Shown one piece after another: positions 22,918-47,960 of a stretch of 64,000 nucleotides of DNA (positions within the stretch are counted from its first letter, which is position 1; each line of letters starts with the position of its first letter). The notes under the pieces were generated by a model that saw only the letters and a program-made list of their open reading frames with translations, did no database searches and was not told the origin of the DNA. A program made the position numbers and the translations under genes. Source of the DNA: Dendrobates tinctorius. Taxonomy: Eukaryota. The stretch spans positions 5,704,001 to 5,768,000 of the forward strand of contig NW_027361810.1 in assembly GCF_039654945.1 (NCBI RefSeq). Direction: 5' to 3'.

Positions 22918-24603
22918 CCAGGAAGGATGGGAAATCTTGAAAAATGAAATTCTCAAAGCGCAATTGTTAATAATTCCGAAAAGAGGGAAGAATAGGAAGC
23001 ATGTAAGGAAACCAGGATGGATGAACACAGAACTTAAGCACATGCTAAAAAGGAAGAAAAAAATGTTTATCAAATGGAAAGAGGGAGGCATATCTAAAGA
23101 AGAATATAATGCTGTCTGCAGAACCTGCAGGGCACAAATCAGATTATCTAAAGCTGACAATGAATTGAGGCTTGCAAGAGATGTCAAAAGCAATAATAAA
23201 GGATTTTGGGGATATGTCAAAAGTAAAAGAAAAGTCAAAGATGCTATAGGATTTGTACAGGATGTAAATGATGAAATGGTAAGACAGGATGTTGAGAAGG
23301 CCGAACTTTTAAATTCCTATTTTGCATCTGTTTTCTCTCAGAAAGGAAAAGTAACATCAACTGTTCTTCACTGTCCTATTAAGGGAATAGAAGAATCCAG
23401 GATATCTATAAACAGAAAGATAGTGAGGAAACACTTAGCTAACCTAAATGAATTCAAGTCTCCAGGTCCAGATGAATTACACCCCAGAGTACTGAAGGAG
23501 ATAGCAGAAGACATAATCTTTGAAAATTCTTGGAGAACAGGAGAAGTCCCAGAAGACTGGAGAAGAGCAAATGTTGTTCCTATCTTCAAAAAGGGGAAGA
23601 AGGTGGACCCAGAGAACTATAGGCCGGTGAGTCTGACTTCTATACCAGGAAAGATCTTTGAACAAATTATTAAACAACATGTATGTCAGTACCTGGATAA
23701 GAATGAAGTGATTAAACAGAGTCAGCATGGGTTTGTAACTAATAAGTCATGTCAGACTAACTTAATTTCCTTCTATGACAGAATCACTGACTGGGTGGAT
23801 CAGGGAAATGCTGTAGATATAGTATATCTTGACTTCAGCAAAGCATTTGACAAAGTATCTCACACAATCCTTATTGAAAAAATGGCTAAGTATGGAATAG
23901 ACAAGGCAACTGATAGGTGGATTCATAACTGGCTTAGGGTGGTTTCACATTAGCGTTTCAGGGCGCACCGACGGCCTGCGCACGGCCGCCGCTAAGCTCC
24001 GCCCCCTGCCGCGCCTCCTCCGGTAGCTCCTCCTATGGGCGCATGACGCTGCATGCGTCCTGCGTCCCCTATCTTTATCACTTCGGATACAGGCCGTGCG
24101 CAGTATGCATTTGGCGGCGCATGCGTCCTTTTGACGGTGCGCCGACCAGCTCCAAACGCAACCTGTTGCAATTTGGTTGCACTCAGAGCACCGTCAAAAG
24201 GACGCATGCGCCGCCAAACGCATACTGCGCACAGCCTGCGTCCCCAGTGATAAAGATAGGGGACGCAGGACGCAGTGGGGTACCACAGGGCTCTGTCCTG
24301 GGCCCTGTATTGTTCAACATCTTTATCAACGATTTAGATGAAGGAATTGAGGGTAAACTGATTAAATTTGCTGATGACACAAAGCTAGGAGGGATAGCTA
24401 ATACTAAAGAAGAGAGAGAGAGGATTCAAAAAGATATAAATAAACTGGAGCAGTGGGCAGCAACTAACAGAATGGTTTTTAACAGGGAAAATGCAAAGTA
24501 CTACATCTGGGCAATAAAAATGAAAAAAGCATTCTGCTTTGAGCAGGGGAGTTGGACCAGATGACCCAGAAGGTCCCTTCCAACTCTACGATTCTATGAT
24601 TCT
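22918..24603 (+). mobile_element. 5'-truncated CR1 LINE (ORF2/RT fragment), interrupted and internally deleted
   Basis: [82 protein letters not shown]; CR1 tail GGTCCCTTCCAACTCTACGATTCTATGATTCT. Confidence 0.93.
23937..24273. mobile_element. Harbinger-type MITE inserted in the CR1, right end deleted
   Basis: TTA|GGGTGGTTTCACA start; internal palindrome; same family as 26113-26298. Confidence 0.7.
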
Positions 24604-26112
24604 CTCCCGGGGCTTGCGCACTGCAGGACTCTGCTGAGCAGTGCGCCTGCACAGGAGCCACAACAGGCAGCAAAGAAGAGGACGTCACCGTTAGAAGAAG
24701 GGAGGCACCGGACCGCAACACCCATCGGACCAAAATCGGACCCGGACCGCCCCTGGGTGAGTATAACTCATTTTTCTTCTCTTTCAGGTTACATTGGGGG
24801 CTTATCTACAGCATTACAGAATGCTGCAGATAAGCCCCTGATGTCGCTACCGGCAGCTGATACTTGAAAAATGGGGTGACAGATTCCCTTTAACCTTCAG
24901 TGCAGATTCTTGCTGTAAACTCATGATAAAGTGTGAGGCGTCAGGACACGGCGTGATCGAAGAAGAATGTGTCCATAATAGGCAGAGGAGGAGCCACATT
25001 TAACCCCATGGCGGTACCACATCTGGAGGACCCCGTGGCAGTACCACATGGCTGGACTTAGAACTCGTCTCCAAAGAGGATGACATAGATGACCACGGAC
25101 ATCTATGGTGAGCAGATTACTGCAGCCAGCTGTAATGATCTGCAGAGACGACGTGTCAGGGGTGGGGGATCCCTGGTTTCATCAGAGACTCTCCTCAATG
25201 TGCAGATTATTTTAATGCTATATTGTTGCATTGCTCCCGATACATTTCTGTAACATTTCGATTTCTCCCTTCTTTTCCTCCACTGCAGCGGCCAACTGGG
25301 ATACCTGGGATGGGTAGACACACTCTTCTTTGGTGGCTCAATGTCCTGACGCTTCACACGTCGCCTCGTTTACTGTGCCGACTTCACAATAACAATCTGC
25401 ACTGAAGCTTCGAGGGTGCCGTGACTATTTCTTCTATGAAAATTTACTGACGTAGCAAAATAAAGTCAAAACCAAAAACATTGAAGCCGGTCTCCGTGAC
25501 ACCGACAGCCCGAGGCGGTAAAATCTGTGTATATGCAAAATCGAAGTGTTGCCTGTCACCACCAATCAGGTTGGTGCTTTCATTTTGTAACCTTCCTAAG
25601 AGCTAAGAGCTGATTGGCTGCTGTGGGTGATGCAGTATTTTCCCTACAGATCTATACACATTTTTATTTTTTTTTATATTGAAAATAAATGGAGTTAAAC
25701 ACAACCTTATATTTAAAAATAGTCGTCACTCATTTATCGCACGCATTACAATAGAAACTCTTCCTCTTCATTTCTAAGGTAAAACCACTTGGCTGTTTGT
25801 AGCCGGTCTTTTGAGTGTTTGTTTATCCTTAGCTTCAAGTTATGAAAATCATCTTTTGGCGGGAAAACTGGTACATGATGCTACTAGGAAACAAGTCCTG
25901 GTGGAAAAAAAATCTCCAAACTGGACACTGAAAGTTACAGAAAAAAAAAACCAAAACACACTTCCAAGTTTTACCAAAACACACGTCGAGGTGGACGCAC
26001 ATCCATTCAGGAGCCTCGGTATACGTGGTGACGTTTATCCCCAGGTGATTGCTGGCACTGTTACCATTTGGATTAATGTGCTGTATATTCACTAATGTTA
26101 TTACACAGGTAA

Positions 26113-26298
26113 GGCTGCTTTCACACTTGCGTTCCTTGGAGCTCCGCCCCCTGCCGCGCCTCCTTCGGTCAGCTCCGCCTATGGGCGCATGACGCTGCAT
26201 GCGACCTGCATACCCTATCTTTAGCAGGCCGTGCGCAGATATGCGTTTGCCGGCGCATGCGTCCTTTTGACGGTGCGCCGACCTGCGCCAAACGCACC
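26113..26298. mobile_element. Partial MITE of the same family as 23937-24273
   Basis: Shares GCTCCGCCCCCTGCCGCGCCTCCT...ATGGGCGCATGACGCTGCATGCG...TTTTGACGGTGCGCCGACC. Confidence 0.7.
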
Positions 26299-26492
26299 GT
26301 TAATATAACTACGTGATAGGTATCCTGGGGCTGTGCCATTGTGCGCTGAGCTATGGACCCATTATTGGATCACTTGCTATATAGCCATAGACAAATCCTT
26401 GTATGTAATGTGCGTCCATGCTCTCCAAGTGTATATGCCCTCCCTTCCCCATACACCTTATCTTCCAATAAACGTTTGTATTTTGATTATAT

Positions 26493-26786
26493 ATAATAAT
26501 AATCTTTATTTTTATATAGCGCTAACATATTCCGCAGCCTGCACACACATATTTACAGCCTGCACACATTATCATCACTGTCCCCGATGGGGCTCACAAT
26601 CTAAATTCCCTATCAGTATGTCTTTGGAATGTGGGAGGAAACCCACACAAACACGGGGAGAACATACAAACTCCTTGCAGATGTTTTCCTTCGTGGGATT
26701 CAGAACCCCAGGACTCCAAGCCAAGCGCTGCAGTGCTAACCACTGAGCCACCATACAGTGCTATCCACTGAGCCACCGTGCTGCCC
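26493..26786 (-). mobile_element. tRNA-derived V-SINE
   Basis: 5' GGGCAGCACGGTGGCTCAGTGG (A box, duplicated), B-box-like GGTTCTGAATCC, TGCAAGGAGTTTGTATGTTCTCCCCGTG core, (ATT)n tail. Confidence 0.85.
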
Positions 26787-27059
26787 AGCCTTTATTTTCT
26801 GTATTGTTTGTGTCCATTCTGCTATTTAACAATTTCTCCTGACATTTTTAATAAGTCCATGACATGCATGTTTTTTGTTTATATATATACACTCTAGACT
26901 GCTATATTCTTCCATTAGTAATCTCCATTACCCCCAGTATATAACCTCCTGTCCCCCGCCATGACATCGCCTTTACTAACATGTCATAGATAGACTGGTG
27001 GTGCGGAGATTACTGATACCAAAGCGGTCATGTCATGGGGTACACCGCCGGAACAAATC

Positions 27060-27945
27060 CGTCCATGACATTTCTTCCTTCATCACCTGTGATATTATGT
27101 AGAACTGGAAGGAACCGCACCAACTCAGTCACAAAGTGGAGACCACATAAGATTACCGAGCGAGGGTCTGAGGTGCTGAGGAACAGAGGGCAGAAAAGTC
27201 ACCAACACTATGCTGACTCCATAACTGCAGAGTCCAGACCTCCTCTGGTATAAACACTGCTCCCCTGCTGGGTAATTCATGGGCGAGCAGCTGCATGCAG
27301 CCGTACATCACCAAGCACAATGCCGAGCATCGGATGGAGTGGTGTAAAGCCGCCACCACTGGACTCTGGAGGAGACGTGTTCTGTGAAGTGACAGATCAC
27401 ACCTCTCTATCTGCGTCTGATGGAGGAGTCTGGGTTTGGTGATTCCAGGAGGACGTTACCCCCTGACTGCATTGTGCCCCCTGTATAGATGGTGAAGAAC
27501 GATAATGCTATGAGCTGTTATCAGGGGGCAGCCACGGACCCTCAGCTCCAGTGATGGGAAATCTTAATCTTCAGCACAAGACATTGTGGACAATTGTAGC
27601 TTCAGCTCTGTGGGAACAGTTTGGGGCAGACTCTTATCTGCCCCCATGACTGTGCCCAGTGCACAAGCTCCATACAGACATGGAGGAGAACATGAGCGGC
27701 CGCACAGACCCCAAACCTCTGCCAACCTCTAATGGAGATTATGAGCCCGGCCTCCCCCCCAACATCAGGGCCTGACCCCACAAATGCTCTTATGGAGTGA
27801 GGCCACCTCTAAAATCTTTTAGAACTCCTTCTAGAAGAGCAGAGAAGTTATATCTGTATTGGAGCGACTCCATATTAATGTCTATGGATGTAGATGAGGA
27901 CAGAGAAGCCCCCGGAGGTGGATGTGGGGGGCACATACTTTCTCC
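27060..27945 (+). mobile_element. Degenerate Tc1/mariner transposon (transposase remnant and right end)
   Basis: Decayed translation resembling FHGRAAA..PYITKHNA..RMEWCKA..HWTLE..VLxSD and HDCAxVHK. Confidence 0.75.
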
Positions 27946-30900
27946 ATATTAATGTCTATTGATGTAGATGAGGACAGTGAAGCCCCCGGAGGTGGATGTG
28001 GGGGGCACATACTTTCTCCATATTAATGTCTATGGATGTAGATGAGGACAGTGAAGCCCCCGGAGGTGGATGTGGGGGGCACATACTTTCTCCATATTAA
28101 TGTCTATGGATGTAGATGGAGGACAGAGAAGCCCCCGGAGGTGGATGTGGGGGGCACATACTTTCTCCATATTAATGTCTATGGATGTAGATGAGGACAG
28201 AGAAGCCCCCGGAGGTGGATGTGGGGGGCACATACTTTCTCCATATTAATGTCTATGGATGTAGATGAGGACAGAGAAGCCCCCAGAGGTGGATGTGGGG
28301 GGCACATACTTTCTCCATATTAATGTCTATGGATGTAGATGAGGACAGAGAAGCCCCCGGAGGTGGATGTGGGGGCACATACATTCTCCATATTAATGTC
28401 TATGGATGTAGATGAGGACAGTGAAGCCCCCGGAGGTGGATGTGGGGGGCACATACTTTCTCCATATTAATGTCTATGGATGTAGATGAGGACAGTGAAG
28501 CCCCCGGAGGTGGATGTGGGGGGCACATACTTTCTCCATATTAATGTCTATGGATGTAGATGAGGACAGTGAAGCCCCCGGAGGTGGATGTGGGGGGCAC
28601 ATACTTTCTCCATATTAATGTCTATGGATGTAGATGAGGACAGTGAAGCCCCCGGAGGTGGATGTGGGGGGCACATACTTTCTCCATATTAATGTCTATG
28701 GATGTAGATGGAGGACAGTGAAGCCCCCGGAGGTGGATGTGGGGGGCACTTACTTTCTCCATATTAATGTCTATGGATGTAGATGAGGACAGTGAAGCCC
28801 CCGGAGGTGGATGTGGGGGGCACATACTTTCTCCATATTAATGTCTATGGATGTAGATGAGGACAGTGAAGCCCCCGGAGGTGGATGTGGGGGGCACATA
28901 CTTTCTCCATATTAATGTCTATGGATGTAGATGAGGACAGTGAAGCCCCCGGAGGTGGATGTGGGGGGCACATACTTTCTCCATATTAATGTCTATGGAT
29001 GTAGATGGAGGACAGTGAAGCCCCCGGAGGTGGATGTGGGGGGCACATACTTTCTCCATATTAATGTCTATGGATGTAGATGAGGGCAGAGAAGCCCCCG
29101 GAGGTGAATGTGGGGGGCACATACTTTCCTCCTTATTGTCTATGGAAGTAGATGAGGACAGTGAAGCCCCCGGAGGAGGATGTGGGGGGCACATACTTTC
29201 CTCCATATTAGTGTCTATGAATGTAGGAGGTGGTCAGAGAAGCCCCCGGAGGTGGATGTGGGGGGCACATACTTTCTCCATATTAATGTCTATGGATGTA
29301 GATGGAGGACAGTGAAGCCCCCGGAGGTGGATGTGGGGGGCACATACTTTCTCCATATGTCTATGGATGTAGATGAGGACAGTGAAGTCCCCGAAGGTGG
29401 ATGTGGGGGGGGACATACTTTCTCCATATTAATGTCTATGGATGTAGATGAGGACAGAGAAGCCACCGGAGGTGGATGTGGGGGGCACATACTCTCTTCA
29501 TATTAATGTCTATGGATGTAGATGAGGACAGAGAAGCCCCCGGAGGTGGATGTGGGGGGCATACTTTCCTCCTTATTGTCTATGGATGTAGATAAGGACA
29601 GTGAAGCTCCCGGAGGTGGATGTGGGGGGCACTTACTTTCTCCATATTAATGTCTATGGCTGTAGATGAGGACGGTGAAGCCCCCAGAGGTGGATGTGGG
29701 GGGCACATGCTTTCCTCCTTATTGTCTATGGCTGTAGATGAGGACAGTGAAGCCCCCAGAGGTGGATGTGAGGGGCACATACTTTCCTCCTTATTGTCTA
29801 TGGCTGTAGATGAGGACAGTGAAGCCCCCGGAGGTGGATGTGAGGGGCACATACTTTCCTCCTTATTGTCTATGGCTGTAGATGAGGACAGTGAAGCCCC
29901 CGGAGGAGGATGTGAGGGGCACATACTTTCCTCCTTATTGTCTATGGCTGTAGATGAGGGCAGAGAAGCCCCCGGAGGTGGATGTGGGGGGCACATACTT
30001 TCTCCATATTAATGTCTATGGATGTAGATGAGGACAGTGAAGCCCCCGAAGGTGGATGTGGGGGGCACATACTTTCTCCATATTGTCTATGGATGTAGAT
30101 GGAGGACAGTGAAGCCCCCGGAGGTGGATGTGGGGGGCACATACTTTCTCCATATTAATGTCTATGGCTGTAGATGAGGACAGTGAAGCCCCCAGAGGTG
30201 GATGTGGGGGGCACATACTTTCCTCCTTATTGTCTATGGCTGTAGATGAGGACAGTGAAGCCCCCGGAGGTGGATGTGAGGGGCACATACTTTCCTCCTT
30301 ATTGTCTATGGCTGTAGATGAGGACAGTGAAGCCCCCGAAGGTGGATGTGGGGGGCACATACTTTCTTCATATTAATGTCTATGGATGTAGATGAGGACA
30401 GAGAAGCCCCCGGAGGTGGATGTGGGGGGCACATACTTTCCTCCTTATTGTCTATGGATGTAGATAAGGACAGTGAAGCTCCCGGAGGTGGATGTGGGGG
30501 GCACTTACTTTCTCCATATTAATGTCTATGGCTGTAGATGAGGACGGTGAAGCCCCCGGAGGTGGATGTGGGGGGCATACTTTCCTCCTTATTGTCTATG
30601 GCTGTAGATGAGGACGGTGAAGTCCCCGGAGGTGGATGTGGGGGGCACTTACTTTCTCCATATTAATGTCTATGGCTGTAGATGAGGACGGTGAAGCCCC
30701 CAGAGGTGGATGTGGGGGGCACATGCTTTCCTCCTTATTGTCTATGGCTGTAGATGAGGACAGTGAAGCCCCCAGAGGTGGATGTGAGGGGCACATACTT
30801 TCCTCCTTATTGTCTATGGCTGTAGATGAGGACAGTGAAGCCCCCAGAGGTGGATGTGAGGGGCACATACTTTCCTCCTTATTGTCTATGGCTGTAGATG

Positions 30901-31205
30901 AGGACAGTGAAGCCCCCGGAGGTGGATGTGAGGGGCACATACTTTCCTCCTTATTGTCTATGGCTGTAGATGAGGACAGTGAAGCCCCCAGAGGTGGATG
31001 TGAGGGGCACATACTTTCCTCCTTATTGTCTATGGCTGTAGATGAGGACAGTGAAGCCCCCGGAGGTGGATGTGAGGGGCACATACTTTCCTCCTTATTG
31101 TCTACGGATGTAGATGAGGACAGTGAAGCCCCCGGAGGTGGATGTGGGGGGCACATACTTTCCTCCATATTAGGGTCTAAGAATGTAGGAGGTGGTCAGA
31201 GAAGC
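27868..31205. repeat. 74-bp (later 72-bp) minisatellite, ~45 copies
   Basis: Unit TCCATATTAATGTCTATGGATGTAGATGAGGACAGTGAAGCCCCCGGAGGTGGATGTGGGGGGCACATACTTTC. Confidence 0.97.
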
Positions 31206-32741
31206 TGGAGGTCCGGCCATCTTCCCTCTAATGTGTATGTTGGGCTTCGGGCTACGTTCAGAGAAGCGTCTTATCTGTTAGTGTAATAAGCCACTCAAGG
31301 ACCAACCTCGGCTAATACGCTGCTTCACGAGCGATTTTCCACATGGACTGACGGACAAATTTTCCGGACTTTTGATTTGCATCATGATTTATATTCAGAA
31401 GTCTGGACGAGCCCCTTCATAAAATAGAGTTAGAAAGTGATCCAAAAACATGCGAAAAGAAAGGAAAATCTAATAACATGCATTAAAATACATTTTAATA
31501 TATTACATATTTTCAAATTTTGCATATTGACTTATTCAAAAGTTACAGATCATGAAGTGAAAAAAAAAAACTAATTTAGTCATCAGCTACAATGGGGAGG
31601 AGGCGGTTTGTCTCTTTCATTTCTCACCATTTTCAGAATAGCTGCTTGCTGTCAGTGAATGGCAACATCTGATTAGACAGAAAATCGAAACATTTCACCT
31701 CTACGTATAAACTTCTCACAATTGGGGGTTGGCTGCAATTCCATCTGCTCTACAGAAGCCCTTGTGAACTGCTGCACAGACACATGAAGCAAAGTGTCAG
31801 GACAGGAGCAGCCGTACTGATGGATGGATGGCACAGGACGTCAGCAATCCTCCAACTAGGGGAAGTATTGGGGGCTTTTCTTTAGCCTTTGATTGGAAAC
31901 CAAATTGTTTACATTCACTGACAGCAAGGAGAGGACTCGACAGACGGGCGACACTGAACCAGAAAGTTACAGAATATTCACATAAACTAGAAACCTCCGT
32001 GGGTATTGTCAGCTGTCATCCCGACAGCCATCTCGAAATTGGGGGGAGTCTCCATCTCAAGGCTGCTGATAATAGAGAGCTGGCCTCATGTGCAACTTTC
32101 TCCATTGATTTCCATGGCAGTTCTGAACACAGTGGAACAAGCATTTATCAGTCATTTATGCCATATCCTCATATCGCTGCCATAAAAGCCCGAGATGAGA
32201 ACAGCCCTTTAAAGCGGCCACAGAACGAAGGCACTGATTGGTCAGACATTTTCTTTGCCCCTTTACTGGTGTAGTTTTGATAGTGTATGACCATTATAAG
32301 TACAGGAGGACTTACTGCAATGTTTTAGTTGCGGCGTTTCTAAGTGCCCCTTCAATGATCACTATTGAATGTATTAAAGGGGCGTTATACGGGCGCTAAT
32401 TGATGGTTTACGAGACGATCTGCGCTTGCTTATTCACAATCCTGTATGGGGCAGAACGACGGATGATACGATGGCTCCTGCCCTGAACAGCCTGCAAGTT
32501 GTCGGCTGCATCCTGCTCACCTGCAGCGCTCAGGGATTTGGCACATTCGGCTCAGCTACATCTCGTCCTGCGCAGCTGCGCTTTTATCTTTATGTCTGAG
32601 CGGTAAAAATCATTTTCCCATTCATCTGATAATAAGACGTGTGAAGAACCTGCGCCGCTTTAATTAGTGCTGATTACGGCATTCATTCATCTCGGCAATT
32701 AAGCCAGGCGGCTGCGAGCATCGTGGCTTCGGCCCCGGACA

Positions 32742-43637
<10,896 letters not shown>

Positions 43638-43654
43638 GATTGCAGCAGTCACGA

Positions 43655-43700
43655 GCCGCTTCCGGGTCAGGGGGTCACGTCACAGTGTTTCCATGGCGAC
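43655..43700. promoter_or_regulatory. PECR proximal promoter: ETS site (CCGGAAG on minus), half-CRE GTCACGTCA and RFX X-box GTTTCCATGGCGAC
   Basis: Motifs read directly 20-65 bp upstream of the ATG; CpG-rich region 42.7-43.7 kb. Confidence 0.6.
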
Positions 43701-43817
43701 CGATGCAGCCTTAGTAACTGCTTAAGAAATCCCAGAGCAATGTGTGAGCCAGAGCTACATCCCATAATAATGTACCCCCATAATATACACACCCCGTAAT
43801 GGTGCAGCGGCCATAGA

Positions 43818-46800
43818 TGCACCCACAGATCCCCCATAACAGCGCGTCATCCACAGATCCCCCATAACAGTGCATCAGCCACAGATCCCCCATAACAGTG
43901 CATCAGCCACAGATCCCCCATAACAGTGCATCTGCCACAGATCCCCCATAACAGAGCATCCTCTGCAGATTCCCCCATAGTGCATTATCTGCAGATCCCC
44001 CATAACAGTGCATCAGCCACAGATCCCCCATAACAGCGCATCAGCCACAGATCACCCATAACAGCGCATCAGCCACAGATCCCCCATAACAGCGCGTCAT
44101 CCACAGATCCCCCATAACAGCGCGTCATCCACAGATCCCCCATAACAGCGCATCAGCCACAGATCCCCCATAACAGCGTGTCATCCACAGATCCCCCATA
44201 ACAGCGCGTCATCCACAGATCCCCCATAACAGCGCATCAGCCACAGATCCCCCATAACAGCGCATCAGCCACAGATCCCCCATAACAGCGCGTCATCCAC
44301 AGATCCCCCATAACAGCGCGTCATCCACAGATCCCCCATAACAGCGCATCAGCCACAGATCCCCCATAACAGCGCGTCATCCACAGATCCCCCATAACAG
44401 CGCATCAGCCACAGATCCCCCATAACAGCGTGTCATCCACACAGCGCATCATCCACAGATCCTCCATAACAGCGCATCACCCACAGATCCCCCATAACAG
44501 CGCATCACCCACAGATCCCCCATAACAGCGCATCACCCACAGATCCCCCATAACAGCGCATCGCCCACAGATCCCCCATAACAGCGCATCACCCACAGAT
44601 CCCCCATAACAGCGCATCACCCACAGATCCCCATAACAGCGCATCACCCACAGATCCCCCATAACAGCGCATCATCCACAGATCCCCCATAACAGCGCAT
44701 CACCCACAGATCCCCCATAACAGCGCATCACCCACAGATCCCCCATAACAGCGCATCATCCACAGATCCCCATAACAGCGCGTCATCCACAGATCCCCCA
44801 TAACAGCGCGTCATCCACAGATCCCCCATAGTGCATTATCTGCAGATCCCCCATAACAGCGCGTCACCCACAGATCCCCCATAACAGCGCATCACCCACA
44901 GATCCCCCATAACAGCGCATCACCCACAGATCCCCCATAACAGCGCATCATCCACAGATCCCCATAACAGCGCGTCATCCACAGATCCCCCATAACAGCG
45001 CGTCATCCACAGATCCCCCATAACAGCGCGTCATCCACAGATCCCCCATAACAGTGCATCAGCCACAGATCCCCCATAACAGTGCATCAGCCACAGATCC
45101 CCCATAACAGCGCGTCATCCACAGATCCCCCATAACAGTGCATCAGCCACAGATCCCCCATAACAGTGCATCTGCCACAGATCCCCCATAACAGAGCATC
45201 CTCTGCAGATTCCCCCATAGTGCATTATCTGCAGATCCCCCATAACAGTGCATCAGCCACAGATCCCCCATAACAGCGCATCAGCCACAGATCACCCATA
45301 ACAGCGCATCAGCCACAGATCCCCCATAACAGCGCGTCATCCACAGATCCCCCATAACAGCGCGTCATCCACAGATCCCCATAACAGCGCATCAGCCACA
45401 GATCCCCCATAACAGCATGTCATCCACAGATCCCCCATAACAGCGCGTCATCCACACAGCGCATCATCCACAGATCCTCCATAACAGCGCATCACCCACA
45501 GATCCCCCATAACAGCGCATCACCCACAGATCCCCATAACAGCGCATCACCCACAGATCCCCCATAACAGCGCATCGCCCACAGATCCCCCATAACAGCG
45601 CATCACCCACAGATCCCCCATAACAGCGCATCACCCACAGATCCCCCATAACAGCGCATCACCCACAGATCCCCCATAACAGCGCATCATCCACAGATCC
45701 CCCATAACAGCGCATCACCCACAGATCCCCCATAACAGCGCATCACCCACAGATCCCCCATAACAGCGCATCATCCACAGATCCCCATAACAGCGCGTCA
45801 TCCACAGATCCCCCATAACAGCGCGTCATACACAGAGCCCCCATAACAATGCGTCATCCACAGATCCCCCATAACAGCGCATTATCTGCAGATCCCCCAT
45901 AACAGCGCGTCACCCACAGATCCCCCATAACAGCGCGTCACCCACAGATCCCCCATAACAGCGCATCACCCACAGATCCCCCATAACAGCGCATCATCCA
46001 CAGATCCCCCATAACAGCGCATCACCCACAGATCCCCCATAACAGCTCATCACCCACAGATCCCCCATAACAGCGCATCATCCACAGATCCCCATAACAG
46101 CGCGTCATCCACAGATCCCCCATAACAGCTCATCACCCACAGATCCCCCATAACAGCGCGTCATACACAGAGCCCCCATAACAGCGCGTCATCCACAGAT
46201 CCCCCATAGTGCATTATCTGCAGATCCCCCATAACAGCGCGTCACCCACAGATCCCCCATAACAGCGCATCATCCACAGATCCCCATAACAGCGCATCAC
46301 CCACAGATCCCCCATAACAGCTCATCACCCACAGATCCCCCATAACAGCGCGTCATACACAGAGCCCCCATAACGGCGCGTCATCCACAGATCCCCCATA
46401 GTGCATTATCTGCAGATCCCCCATAACAGCGCATCATCCACAGATCCCCCATAACAGCGCATCACCCACAGATCCCCCATAACAGCTCATCACCCACAGA
46501 TCCCCCATAACAGCGCATCATCCACAGATCCCCATAACAGCGCATCACCCACAGATCCCCCATAACAGCTCATCACCCACAGATCCCCCATAACAGCGCG
46601 TCATACACAGAGCCCCCATAACAGCGCGTCATCCACAGATCCCCCATAGTGCATTATCTGCAGATCCCCCATAACAGCGCGTCACCCACAGATCCCCCAT
46701 AACAGCGCATCACCCAGAGATCCCCCATAACAGCGCATCACCCACAGATCCCCCATAACAGCGCATCATCCACAGATCCCCCATAACAGCGCATCACCCA

Positions 46801-47857
46801 CAGATCCCCCATAACAGCGCGTCCTCCACAGATCCCCATAACAGCGCGTCATCCACAGATCCCCCATAACAGCGCATCACCCACAGATCCCCCATAACAG
46901 CGCATCATCCACAGATCCCCATAACAGCGCGTCATCCACAGATCCCCCATAACAGCGCATCACCCACAGATCCCCCATAACAGCGCATCACCCACAGATC
47001 CCCCATAACAGCGCATCATCCACAGATCCCCATAACAGCGCATCAGCCACAGATCCCCATAACAGCGCGTCATCCACAGATCCCCCATAACAGCGCATCA
47101 CCCACAGATCCCCCATAACAGCGCGTCCTCCACAGAGCCCCCATAACAGCGCGTCATCCACAGATTCCCCATAACAGCGCATCACCCACAGATCCCCATA
47201 ACAGCGCGTCATCCACAGATCCCCCATAACAGCGCATCACCCACAGATCCCCCATAACAGCGCGTCATCCACAGATCCCCCATAACAGCGCATCACCCAC
47301 AGATCCCCATAACAGCGCATCACCCACAGATCCCCATAACAGCGCGTCCTCCACAGATCCCCCATAACAGCGCATCACCCACAGATCCCCCATAACAGCG
47401 CATCACCCACAGATCCCCCATAACAGCGCGTCATCCACAGATCCCCCATAACAGCGCATCACCCACAGATCCCCATAACAGCGCATCACCCACAGATCCC
47501 CATAACAGCGCGTCCTCCACAGAGCCCCCATAACAGCGCGTCATCCACAGATTCCCCATAACAGCGCATCACCCACAGATCCCCATAACAGCGCGTCATC
47601 CACAGATCCCCCATAACAGCGCATCACCCACAGATCCCCCATAACAGCGCGTCCTCCACAGATCCCCCATAACAGCGCATCACCCACAGATCCCCCATAA
47701 CAGCGCGTCATCCACAGATCCCCCATAACAGACCGTCATCCACAGATCCCCCATAACAGCGCGTCACCCACAGATCCCCCATAACAGACCGTCATCCACA
47801 GATCCCCATAACAGCGCATCACCCACAGATCCCCCATAGTGCATTATCTGCAGATCC
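43818..47857. repeat. 28-bp minisatellite, ~145 copies, immediately upstream of PECR
   Basis: ACAGCGCATCACCCACAGATCCCCCATA and variants. Confidence 0.97.
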
Positions 47858-47960
47858 CACCACTCAGGATGGGACACTTTCTTGGGGTCTCGCACTTTCT
47901 TGCTTCCCATCATCAGCTAAACAGTTAACACTGATGGCCAGCAGCAGCTCTGCGCCTGAA

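Larger units (their letters stand above)
22622..24889. mobile_element. Kolobok/T2-type palindromic MITE with the CR1 at its centre
   Basis: AGGGAAACTGTCA ... TGACAGATTCCCT|TTAA; arms 22622-22917 and 24604-24889 are reverse complementary. Confidence 0.8.

Noticed and set aside
26690-26786. tRNA gene
   Set aside because: The A/B boxes belong to a SINE head; no cloverleaf.
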